Below are positions 40,789 through 49,942 of a DNA stretch of 64,000 nt, one piece after another. Position numbers and translations under genes: made by a program. Numbering within the stretch: position 1 is the first letter of the stretch; each line of letters begins with the position of its first letter. Origin of the DNA: Clostridia bacterium (lineage in GTDB: Bacteria > Bacillota > Clostridia > Christensenellales > Borkfalkiaceae); NCBI GenBank assembly GCA_017626495.1, contig JAGAIP010000002.1, forward strand, positions 32,722 to 96,721, read 5' to 3'. The notes under the pieces are model-generated. The model saw only the letters and a list, made by a program, of their open reading frames with translations, ran no database searches and had not been told where the DNA came from.

Positions 40789-43700
40789 TTACCACGTCTT
40801 GCTGACGGTTGCGGAAGAGACGCTGTACTGATTCGTTCCGTTCGTAACGATCAAAGTTGCCCTTGCGTGACAATAATACGTCACTTTCGCTTTCTTCTCG
40901 CTTACGGAATGGGATGCGCTCAGTCCCGTAGCGGCAATTTCTTTCGAAGCGTTAAAAGAAGTCGAACTGTGCGAGGATGACGTATTGATCGTCCATTCGA
41001 ACTTTAAGACGGCGGAGCCGACGCAATCGGACACTTCGAACACGGAGGCAAACGCCACGTTTACGGTTCTGATTAAGAAACTGTCTTTCTTCGTAACGTT
41101 CACGTTCAGCGTAACCGTCTCTTTTACCCACGTTGCATAGATCGCCGTTCCGCTCGTCGTTTCATACGCACGGGAAATATTCGTCCATGCGCCGTCGACA
41201 TACGTTGTCCAACCGAGGAACACGTATCCGTTTTCCGTACATTCGGGCACGGGAAGCGCATATACCCCGTTTGCAAACGTGACTTTCCGCGTATCGGAGA
41301 GCGTTTCGTTTCCGATTGTCCACGTTTTGCCGTTTGCGTGCAAGGTCAGTTCGTAGGAAAGCCATTCATAGACTGCCTCGATTTCCATATTCGATGTGGG
41401 AATCAACCGATCTCCCTGCATCTCGTACGTTCCCGAAAGAATATTCCACTCTTTCCATCTGAGTCCCTCGACCTCATACGAGATCGGTTCGAGCGTAAAG
41501 GATTCGCCTTCGCTGAGTTGAACGTTCATTTCGTACTGCGTCCGATCGTCGCCGAAGATCGCCTGCGACGAAGTGTACTTGACGACATAGTATTTCTCCC
41601 AGACGGCGCGGAAGAGAAGTTCTTTGGTTACGACGTAACCGCCGTTCGCCTCGTCAACGCCCTCGGTGATGAGTTCCCAACGGACGAATCTGTGTCCGTC
41701 TACGTTATAAGCGGAATCGGGAGCAGTGAGATAGTAAATATCGTTGACCGCATACAATTCCTGCGTACGGAAACGGTAATCCCCTTCGGTTTCGGGTCTG
41801 TTCGCATTGAATGCGTATTCGCTTTCGAGCGTGACGGTCAGAGGATCGAGCCATACCGCCACGAACTCATAGCGTTTGTCCGCAAGATAAACCGTGTTCT
41901 CGTCGCAATCGACGCCGTTTAACGTCCAACCGAGGAAATATGCCTTGCTGTCGCCGATGGTCGAAAGCTTCGTGGGCGTGTAGTCTGCAAGACGGAACGA
42001 GGATACCGACTCTGTAAGCTCGAAGATCACGCTCTTCTTGTAGACGTCCCCTGCCGCCGTATACGTTTCGTCGATGGCGTACTTACTGATGAAGTTGACG
42101 GCAACCGCCCTCTTTGCCCTTGCATATACCGTCGCGTTACAGTCGGAAACGGAAGTAACGATTTCTCCGTCTTTTACCCAACCGTCGAAGAGACGGTCTT
42201 CGCTGTCGAGCTCGATTTCAGGGAGAATAAGCGTTGTTCCTACCTTATAGGTCAACCTTCCCTCGTATGCGGTTCCGTTCCACTCAAATTCCTCGACCGC
42301 ATAGTCCGAAAGCATCGTCACTTCGTACAGATAGACGAGGTTGACCGTCGTATTCGAAGAGATCGCGTTGAGATCGGGTTCCCATGCCGCAATGAGTCCT
42401 TCGCTTTCATAATCGGAAAGCTTGACGGAAAGTTCTCTGTCGGAGCCGGGAACGTACTGTTCCGTTCCGACCGTCTGTCCGTTCACCTTAAATGTAACCG
42501 TATATGCCTGTCCCTGCGCGATCTCGGTTTCATCGAGATCTTCCGCAAGCTTGCCGAGCATAAGGTGCACTTCTTCGTTGACCGATTCCGTATAGCCGTT
42601 CTGTCCCGAAACGGGTACGTTTGCGTGTTCGCTGCCGGGGTTGACGTAGTTGAGCGCGCCCTTGATCGTAATGATGGACATGAGCTTCGTTTCGACCGTA
42701 AGGGAATCGAGCACTTTGACGCCGTCCTGCGCTTTCTCTTTGATACCGATGCCGATATCGGAAAGAACGCCGTCCGTAAGGCTTGCGCCGTTGAGTTTTA
42801 AGGTGTAACCGTCCGTATTCGGCGTGAAGGAAATCAGATAATTACCGTAGTCATGCGACGTGTTCGTGCTCTCGCTGCCGTCCGACAAGGGGAGATCGAC
42901 GTTGATGAGGAACATGATCTCATCGAGAATGTTGCTGCTGAATGCGGCGAGACTCATTTCCTGATAGATAATCGTACCGTTTGCGTTTCGTCTGACGAAT
43001 ACCCTGCTTTCTCTATCGGAAATGCGAATAGTCATATCGCTCGTCGTCCTGCCATTGACGATTCTGACGTCGATCTGCGCTCCGTTTTCGATGAAATGGA
43101 CGCGGATGCCGATATCGACGGTCGCAAGCGTAATGAAACTGAGTTTCATCGATACCGAACCCTCGATGACGAAGTCGCTGTTGAGGCGGTATCCGTCCTG
43201 CGCAGAATGCGTCGCGGAATTGATCATCATTTCGAGCATATCGTATACGCCGTCCGCTTTGACATATCCGGCAAGCTCGGATGCGGAAGGCATATTCAAG
43301 GTGAAGGCGTTATTGCTGAGCGTAAGCGTAGCGCGCACGAGCTCCGTATGATCGGAAGAAACGAGATAGAGATGATCGAGCGTGAACTTGCTGATTACGT
43401 CGTCTGCCGTTTCAACCGTCAACGTAAGATCGTTCAAATCGGAAGAAGCGAACGAATGATCTCCGAACAACTTCTTACCATCGAGCTGTACGGTCAGCTT
43501 GTTTCCCTCGAAGGAAAGGCGTTTCAGATAATCGTTCAGAACGTCGTTCAGCACGACGCCGTCCGGAGCGCTCTCTCCCGTCTGAACGAGTAGGTCGATG
43601 AGCGCGCTGCGGAGATTGAGTTCACCCGTCGCAAACGCTTCGATCCTTGCAAGAAGATCGTCGGAAAGAACGCCGTCGTAGTAATCGAACTCGAATCCCG

Positions 43701-46700
43701 CGATGGTGAAGATGGTCTCGACCATCTTTCTGACCTCGCTCTGCTGAATTTCCAGACGGAGGGGCACTCGGTCGGGAGAGCCCTCGGGATACTGCGACGC
43801 GGTAACGTAGAAGTTGATCGTTCCGTCGCCGTCTCCGTCATAGGAAAGGAACGTCATGTAGAGATCCCCGTCAAGCTCCTTATTCTTTGCAAGTAAGGTG
43901 AGTTTGATTTGAACCGCTCCGCTGTTGAGATCGTCTCCCGTATAGACGGAAACTTCTCCGTTTGCGGTGAAACGAACGTGTTCGTATGCGTTATACTCGA
44001 TGCTGTCATTGAGAACGGTGAATGCGAATCCGAGCGTAAAGTACTCGCTCTTGACGAGACTGCTCGACGCGCGAACGGTCGCAAGCAATCGTTCGACGTC
44101 GCTCTTTTCCCAAAGCGTTGCCTGTTCGCCCTTGATGAAGTATTCGTTTGCGGATACTTCGCCTTTCGTAGGACGAATGGCGACTACGGTATTCTCGACG
44201 CGCGCGGAGGCAATCTCGATGGGAGATACGCACAGATAAATCGTCTCTCTCTCTGCGCTCAAAGTGAATCCGAGACCGTCCAAAAGCCCCGCGATCTCTT
44301 GAATCAGCTGTTCGGCGTCAAGCTCCTCGCCGGACTGAATGCTGTCAAAGATGCCGTCGACGTCAATCTCGCCGATGAGATTGAGTGCGTTGATGATCCT
44401 TACGATGTCCCGAGCGACGTTTTTTGCGCCTTCGGGAGCGTTATTGACGTTTTCAACGATTTCTTCGCCCGTCTGTTCGAGTTCAAGGAGCAGATCTTCG
44501 AAGTCTGCAGCGGAAAGACGAATACCGAAGTTACCGAAGGAGAGCGTGAGTTCGTCTCCGTCATAGATCAAGGTTACGTAGACGATTCCGCCATCGTCCG
44601 TCTGAACGGTGAGTACCGCGGAAAGCACGAGCTCCTCTTCGAAGTTGATTTCGACAAGCGCGGAGAGGTTCATCTCGACCTGAACGAATACGTCTTGCCC
44701 CTGTTTGATGGATTCGATCAAATCTTTTTCTTCCGTCTTGACGGTCGTATTGATTTCCAGCGTAACTGTACGGTCGAGCTCTTTGAGGAACTCGTCGATA
44801 GAGACGTATTCGCCCTCGGGAGCGGAAACCTCCTCGGTTGTCTTGGTCAGCGTAACGACCGCGCCGTATACGCCGATCGTTGCGACTTTGTTCTCCTTCT
44901 GATATGCGAGCGTAAGCTCGGGCGCGTCAAATGCAATTCCGAACGCAGAAAGAATGTTTCCGAGCGCGACGGTAAGCTCAAACTCTCCCTCGCTCATACC
45001 CGTAACGCGGATTGCAGATGGATCGAATTTGCAGAGAACTTCGATCAAGTTGACGGAAGTTTGAATTTCCTCTTCGTTTGCGTCGGGCAAAATCTGTTTG
45101 AGCGCCGTGCCGATTGCGTCCAACGTAGCCGACAGAGAAACGTCGTCGGCTTTCAAATAGACGGTCTCTTCATAATGCGTTACATAAACCGTTTTGTTCG
45201 CAATGGTAAGTTCCGCGTTTACATTGCCCTTCGTATTGACGAGCGCGTGAAGTCCGATTTCCTGATACTGCGCATTGAGTTCATACGCGTCGGAATCCAA
45301 GAAATCGAGAACGGAATAGATCGTATCGGGATAAACCGTATATTCGACGCCTACGGGTTGTACGGACTGATTTTTACCGTCGGAAACCTTCATTTCCAGG
45401 CTTGTAAGGCGAGTCCCGTCCAACATGAGATTTGCACCTGTCGCGGAAATTCCGTTCTCCGTACCTTTGACGTCGACAAAGCCGCTGTCAAAGACGGACG
45501 AGAGATCCATGCGGAACGCAAACAAGCTGTCCTCATCGGGAAGAAGGGTAAGTCCGTTCAAAAGCTTTGCAATCGAGAAAGACGTTTCAACCGCCGTTCC
45601 GAGGTTGACGTCTCCGAACATAGCCGCAATCTCGTCTGCGATATATTTAAGCTCGCTCTCCGACGCAAGAATACGGAAGTTGCAGTCGGGAAGGTTGATA
45701 CAATACCGCGCACCGTCATAGAACAGACCTACGCTGATGCGGAACGCTTTCAGATTGACTGCGAATTTCCATCCGCCGTCGTTCCATATCTTCGCGTTGG
45801 CATTGACGCGGAACGCGCTGTCTCCATGCCAAAGCGTTTTGAGATCGATATAATAGTTTTCACCCTCGATGAAGGGAATGAGCTGAGCAACGCCCGAAAC
45901 GGCGTCGGAAATATCGGTGTACTCTCCCTCGGGAAGGAATTCGTATCCCTCGTCATGAAGGAGCACTTCCACGCCCTTGACTTCTACCTTCGCCATGGTT
46001 TCGAAAAGCCGCAAGGAGATCGTACCTACGGAAAGATCGACGAGCTCGTTGAGGAGAGGATCGATATTGAGGGAAACGCAAAGCGTTCCGTTCTCCTCGC
46101 GTACGTCTTCGAGCACGGTCTGATAGTCTATTTTGAAGAGCGCATAGACGATGTCGGCAAGTTTCGACTGTTCCTCGGTAGAGCCGAGTTCGTCGGTCAA
46201 GAGCGAAGTGAGATTTTCAAGCTGCGTCTTGACTTTGAGCGTACAGGGTTCGCCGTCGACCTCGAACAGATCGAGGTAGACGACCTCTTCCGCAATCGCG
46301 GCTCTTCCTTTCAGACTGACGGAGAACGCTTGCACCGCAAAGTCTGCGGAGATTACGTCGCCGATTCCGACTTCCGCTTTGACGGAAAAATTCTGATCGG
46401 CGTAAGAGATGGTAGCGCCCATTCTGTCCGCATAGACGAAGTCAAAGAGTTCATCCAGACAAGCGTCGATATTCGTCTCGTTCGTAACGACGGTCGGTTT
46501 GCTTCCGCCCTCTGTAAGGACGAGGTAGAGCGGTTCTCCCTCCACGGAAAGGCTCACTTCCAGACGGTCGAGCGTGATGCTATCTTCCTCGCGGAACACA
46601 AATTTCAGAGGAATTTTCGTATCCTCGAAGTCGAGCGAAACGCAGAGCGTCACCTCTTCCCCGTTCTTGACGAGTTCCCCGTCCGCAAAGTTTTCGAGAA

Positions 46701-47889
46701 ATCCGAGCATGTCGTCCGAACCCTCTTCGGAAGGCGTCAACTTGTCTTCGAGCGACTTGATGAGCCGTTCGATCGTGATTCTACCTGCAAAATCATGATA
46801 ACCGAGATAGAGTTTCTCGTCTACATAGCCGATGGTAATATCGCCCAGCCGCGCGATCAGTTCGAGCGGATCGAGTCCGAGATAAATATCTCCCGTGATA
46901 TTTGCGTCACGGAACAAACCGTTTATGGAATAGGTCGCGCCTCCGGCAAGGACAGGCGAGAACGCTTCGAGAAGATAATCGGTTGCCTCGGGCTCGTCAT
47001 CGGGAACGACGACGGACTCAGAATCCTTAAACTGATAGAAGAAGGAATAATAATCGGGTACTTTCGCGTCTCCGTAGGTATAATAACTGTCCGAAGTTGC
47101 GACCGCATGATCGGAAGAGATGACCGCGTTGAGTTTGAATCCGTAATTTTCGACGTAATGCGAAGAGATGACTTGCCAACGGTCGTTGAACACATACGTC
47201 GCCTCGATGGAGTGCATGTCGGGATAGTCTGCAAGTCCGCCCATCTGCTTCATTCTCGCACGGTAATAGGCAGAAGAGGTTTCCGTATCGAACGTAAACG
47301 TCTGAGAATAATACCCCTCCGCCGTTCTCGTAACTTCGGACGAACTGACGAGCGTATCTTCATTGATGAGGTAAGCGGAAAATTCCGTTCCGGCAAGTCC
47401 GTACAAGGGCATATACTCTTTTATCGTATAGACGTCGGGTTTTTCGTTCGACCATTCCATCGTCTCTTCATCCCAGTCCTTCGGATTTTTGGAGACGGGT
47501 TTTCTCATGACCGCCTTATTTCCCATAAAGCAGGTCTGACTGCACGTATTAACGAGAGAACTCGTGGAAATATCGGTAACGGTCATCACTCCGTCGGCAT
47601 AGTTTTTGACGGAGCGAACGTGTTGCGTATAGGAAATGACGATCTTTGCGACAACATCGCTCGTCATCTCCACCTTATAGTTTTCCGTTTCGGAAAGGAC
47701 TTTCGCCATATAGCCAAGGTTTTCAAGTCCCGTATGTAACGTAGGATCGTTGTCTTCGGGCAGATCGTACGTTACGCAATACTCCGATTTCTCATCCACG
47801 TCGATCGGGGGAAGCTGATTTTCACATCCGAACAAGGTGCCTGCGACCGCAGCCAACGTTCCCAAACAAATTGCAATTTTCTTTTTCAT
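40789..47889 (-). CDS. giant (about 2366 aa) acidic surface lipoprotein of unknown function with C-terminal Listeria-Bacteroides (Flg_new / InlB B-type) repeat domains
   Basis: Lipoprotein signal MKKKIAICLGTLAAVAGTLFGC (the start was chosen at the third Met, after RBS AGGATGA). C-terminal repeats carry the GY.F.GW motif (NGYVFLGWTT, KAYFLGWTL, DGHRFVRWEL, RLFDGWVKDG). Uninterrupted 7.1-kb ORF. Confidence 0.8.
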   Translation of the reverse strand: MKKKIAICLGTLAAVAGTLFGCENQLPPIDVDEKSEYCVTYDLPEDNDPTLHTGLENLGYMAKVLSETENYKVEMTSDVVAKIVISYTQHVRSVKNYADGVMTVTDISTSSLVNTCSQTCFMGNKAVMRKPVSKNPKDWDEETMEWSNEKPDVYTIKEYMPLYGLAGTEFSAYLINEDTLVSSSEVTRTAEGYYSQTFTFDTETSSAYYRARMKQMGGLADYPDMHSIEATYVFNDRWQVISSHYVENYGFKLNAVISSDHAVATSDSYYTYGDAKVPDYYSFFYQFKDSESVVVPDDEPEATDYLLEAFSPVLAGGATYSINGLFRDANITGDIYLGLDPLELIARLGDITIGYVDEKLYLGYHDFAGRITIERLIKSLEDKLTPSEEGSDDMLGFLENFADGELVKNGEEVTLCVSLDFEDTKIPLKFVFREEDSITLDRLEVSLSVEGEPLYLVLTEGGSKPTVVTNETNIDACLDELFDFVYADRMGATISYADQNFSVKAEVGIGDVISADFAVQAFSVSLKGRAAIAEEVVYLDLFEVDGEPCTLKVKTQLENLTSLLTDELGSTEEQSKLADIVYALFKIDYQTVLEDVREENGTLCVSLNIDPLLNELVDLSVGTISLRLFETMAKVEVKGVEVLLHDEGYEFLPEGEYTDISDAVSGVAQLIPFIEGENYYIDLKTLWHGDSAFRVNANAKIWNDGGWKFAVNLKAFRISVGLFYDGARYCINLPDCNFRILASESELKYIADEIAAMFGDVNLGTAVETSFSIAKLLNGLTLLPDEDSLFAFRMDLSSVFDSGFVDVKGTENGISATGANLMLDGTRLTSLEMKVSDGKNQSVQPVGVEYTVYPDTIYSVLDFLDSDAYELNAQYQEIGLHALVNTKGNVNAELTIANKTVYVTHYEETVYLKADDVSLSATLDAIGTALKQILPDANEEEIQTSVNLIEVLCKFDPSAIRVTGMSEGEFELTVALGNILSAFGIAFDAPELTLAYQKENKVATIGVYGAVVTLTKTTEEVSAPEGEYVSIDEFLKELDRTVTLEINTTVKTEEKDLIESIKQGQDVFVQVEMNLSALVEINFEEELVLSAVLTVQTDDGGIVYVTLIYDGDELTLSFGNFGIRLSAADFEDLLLELEQTGEEIVENVNNAPEGAKNVARDIVRIINALNLIGEIDVDGIFDSIQSGEELDAEQLIQEIAGLLDGLGFTLSAERETIYLCVSPIEIASARVENTVVAIRPTKGEVSANEYFIKGEQATLWEKSDVERLLATVRASSSLVKSEYFTLGFAFTVLNDSIEYNAYEHVRFTANGEVSVYTGDDLNSGAVQIKLTLLAKNKELDGDLYMTFLSYDGDGDGTINFYVTASQYPEGSPDRVPLRLEIQQSEVRKMVETIFTIAGFEFDYYDGVLSDDLLARIEAFATGELNLRSALIDLLVQTGESAPDGVVLNDVLNDYLKRLSFEGNKLTVQLDGKKLFGDHSFASSDLNDLTLTVETADDVISKFTLDHLYLVSSDHTELVRATLTLSNNAFTLNMPSASELAGYVKADGVYDMLEMMINSATHSAQDGYRLNSDFVIEGSVSMKLSFITLATVDIGIRVHFIENGAQIDVRIVNGRTTSDMTIRISDRESRVFVRRNANGTIIYQEMSLAAFSSNILDEIMFLINVDLPLSDGSESTNTSHDYGNYLISFTPNTDGYTLKLNGASLTDGVLSDIGIGIKEKAQDGVKVLDSLTVETKLMSIITIKGALNYVNPGSEHANVPVSGQNGYTESVNEEVHLMLGKLAEDLDETEIAQGQAYTVTFKVNGQTVGTEQYVPGSDRELSVKLSDYESEGLIAAWEPDLNAISSNTTVNLVYLYEVTMLSDYAVEEFEWNGTAYEGRLTYKVGTTLILPEIELDSEDRLFDGWVKDGEIVTSVSDCNATVYARAKRAVAVNFISKYAIDETYTAAGDVYKKSVIFELTESVSSFRLADYTPTKLSTIGDSKAYFLGWTLNGVDCDENTVYLADKRYEFVAVWLDPLTVTLESEYAFNANRPETEGDYRFRTQELYAVNDIYYLTAPDSAYNVDGHRFVRWELITEGVDEANGGYVVTKELLFRAVWEKYYVVKYTSSQAIFGDDRTQYEMNVQLSEGESFTLEPISYEVEGLRWKEWNILSGTYEMQGDRLIPTSNMEIEAVYEWLSYELTLHANGKTWTIGNETLSDTRKVTFANGVYALPVPECTENGYVFLGWTTYVDGAWTNISRAYETTSGTAIYATWVKETVTLNVNVTKKDSFLIRTVNVAFASVFEVSDCVGSAVLKFEWTINTSSSHSSTSFNASKEIAATGLSASHSVSEKKAKVTYYCHARATLIVTNGTNQYSVSSATVSKTW

Positions 47890-47934
47890 TTGCTTAATCA
47901 TCCTGTTTCTAGTTTTTGACATAAACTATTCCAC

Positions 47935-47963
47935 ATTATAATGTAATTTTTTGGGAATGTCAA
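47935..47963 (-). promoter_or_regulatory. sigma-A promoter (TTGACA-N17-TATAAT) of the giant lipoprotein gene
   Basis: Minus strand reads TTGACATTCCCAAAAAATTACATTATAAT. Confidence 0.55.
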
Positions 47964-48010
47964 CAAAATAAATGATATTGTCACAATAAAAAATGACAAA
48001 AAAAAGAACC

Positions 48011-48325
48011 TCATGAGAGGTTCTTTTTCCTTTTCTTTTCGATCGCTTTGAGCGCATACGCTTTCATGAGATCGAAGAGCGATTGTGCAAGTTTCCGCAT
48101 TTTTTCTTCGGGGAGGAACTCCTTTGCGACGGACGGGAGCAACGAATAGAGCGTTGCGATGAGCGTTTCCATCTTCTCTTCCCCGGGAACGTCGAGATCT
48201 TCGAGTTCGACGATTCCTTCCAAAGCCGCGTCCGTCAGCTTTTTCTTGTAATAAAAATAGCAGACGAAAAACCAACCGACGAGAAGAACGAGCGCGACGG
48301 CAAGAATGATGAGTACGGTTTTCAT
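48011..48325 (-). CDS. small single-pass membrane protein, unknown function
   Basis: 104 aa; N-terminal TM helix ILAVALVLLVGWFFVCYFY, then a charged helical region. Translationally coupled to the upstream gene. Confidence 0.5.
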   Translation of the reverse strand: MKTVLIILAVALVLLVGWFFVCYFYYKKKLTDAALEGIVELEDLDVPGEEKMETLIATLYSLLPSVAKEFLPEEKMRKLAQSLFDLMKAYALKAIEKKRKKNLS

Positions 48326-48327
48326 GC

Positions 48328-48645
48328 TTATCTCTCCCTTGCGCCCTGTTCAATGAGGAAATCCTTGATTTTATGTTTGATTTCCCTCGCGTATGCCATC
48401 GCCTGCTCCGATTCCCCGTTCGAACTGCCTCGTTTGAGCGCAATGGTATTCGCCTCGCCGAGGGCGATCGCCGATTGCACGCCCTCGATGGTGAGCACCG
48501 CGATGCGTTCCCTTCGTTCCTTCTCTTCCGCCTCCTCCAATTCCCTTTGTTTCAGACTTTTCTGCAATCGGCTTGTCACAATGCCGAGCGCCGTGGTCGC
48601 GACGGAAACGACGATTCCGACGATCACTTCCAAAATAACCTGCAT
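48328..48645 (-). CDS. small single-pass membrane protein, unknown function (holin-like architecture)
   Basis: Start MQVILEVIVGIVVSVATTALGIV is preceded by RBS GGAAGGA; TM helix then a highly charged tail. Confidence 0.5.
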   Translation of the reverse strand: MQVILEVIVGIVVSVATTALGIVTSRLQKSLKQRELEEAEEKERRERIAVLTIEGVQSAIALGEANTIALKRGSSNGESEQAMAYAREIKHKIKDFLIEQGARER

Positions 48646-48739
48646 AGATATCCTTCCTGCGATGAAATTCCCGACTTTCATTCGACAGAAACAGTATATA
48701 TGCCAAAGCCAAAAATTTGAAAATCAGTGACAAACGAAT

Positions 48740-49828
48740 TTAACGCTTGCGGATACGCCGTTTCAGATTGTTTTTGATCGTTACACCGCTCCCTTTCAAG
48801 AACTTTCTGAGCACGATACGGAGCAATTTTTTGGACTCCTTGTCGAGACGAATCGCCTGATATATGAGATCGAACGACTTTTCGGGAACTTCCGCAAGAT
48901 TTTTTACGTCAGCCTCCTCGATGATTCCGAAAAACGCGTCGACGAATTTCTTCTTCTCTTCGAGATCCATATCTCTAAGCGCCGCGCGGAGCGTTTCGTC
49001 AAAAAAATAACTCTGTCTCGTCCTGTCGTCTACGACGAGAGGCTGATCCCCGTCGATCTGCCACGAAAAAATATCATGCTGGAAGATTCCCCTATAATCG
49101 CTCTGTACGATCTTATATTCTTCGGAGTGTTCCAAAAGCATCCCGACGATGGAGCCCTGCGGTACGATGTCGATGACCTTTTTGCTGATTTTTTGATAAT
49201 CGTCGCTCTGATAAAAATCTCCGCAAAAACCGGGACCGTCGTTATTAAAGACGGTTACGATTCTCTCTTGCACCTCTTGTCTGCACTTTGCGCTCGCGTA
49301 GACGGATAAGTTTCCGCCCTTGCTGTGTCCGCAGACGTACGTCGGCGCAGGGAACTTTCTTCCAATCGAATTGAGGTATCTGACCGCCTCTTTTTGCGCA
49401 GGCACGTCGCGATAACAGAGCATGAAATCCTCTTTCCAGCCGACGATGGAATCATCCGTACCCCGAAAAGCCACGCAGGAAACGCCCGTGGGGAGATGGA
49501 ATGTAATCGCAGAGAATTGTTCCGTATCCGAAAAGGTACTGACGTAGTCGGAAAGCACGACGTCGGCAAACCGTTCGTATTTCGGAAGAATACGGAAAAG
49601 GTCGATGATTTGAGAAGGAATGACGAGTCCGAGCGAAGAAATGGACGGGTGGACGTCAAAGTATTTCGCACTCGCCTCAACCACGGAGAGCATGACGTCC
49701 TCCGAAATGACGTACCCGAAGTCGAGATACGAAATCTGCGAGAATATAAAATTATCGATCTCATTGAATGGCTTTTCCGCAAACGGAACTTGTCCGTATT
49801 CTTTGAGATAATCGAATAAATTTCCCAT
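48740..49828 (-). CDS. DUF2974 (Mbeg1-like) alpha/beta-hydrolase lipase-like protein
   Basis: 362 aa; nucleophile elbow GHSKGG, no signal peptide. Confidence 0.6.
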   Translation of the reverse strand: MGNLFDYLKEYGQVPFAEKPFNEIDNFIFSQISYLDFGYVISEDVMLSVVEASAKYFDVHPSISSLGLVIPSQIIDLFRILPKYERFADVVLSDYVSTFSDTEQFSAITFHLPTGVSCVAFRGTDDSIVGWKEDFMLCYRDVPAQKEAVRYLNSIGRKFPAPTYVCGHSKGGNLSVYASAKCRQEVQERIVTVFNNDGPGFCGDFYQSDDYQKISKKVIDIVPQGSIVGMLLEHSEEYKIVQSDYRGIFQHDIFSWQIDGDQPLVVDDRTRQSYFFDETLRAALRDMDLEEKKKFVDAFFGIIEEADVKNLAEVPEKSFDLIYQAIRLDKESKKLLRIVLRKFLKGSGVTIKNNLKRRIRKR

Positions 49829-49911
49829 GTTACGCCTCCTGTCTCTTCTTAATATATATTATACCACGTTTTCCGAAAAATGCAACCTTCATTTCTTACA
49901 CAAACGGAAAA

Positions 49912-49941
49912 TCGGGCAAACCGAACGGTTTGTCCGAAGAA
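49912..49941 (-). terminator. rho-independent terminator after purF
   Basis: GGACAAACCG-ttc-GGTTTGCCC hairpin followed by a T-rich tract. Confidence 0.4.
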
Positions 49942-49942
49942 G

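Noticed and set aside
47898-48443. 181-aa minus-strand ORF overlapping the giant-gene promoter and two small genes
   Set aside because: Arg-rich nonsense translation in a different frame from the coupled small membrane-protein ORFs that have RBSs. It spans a consensus promoter.
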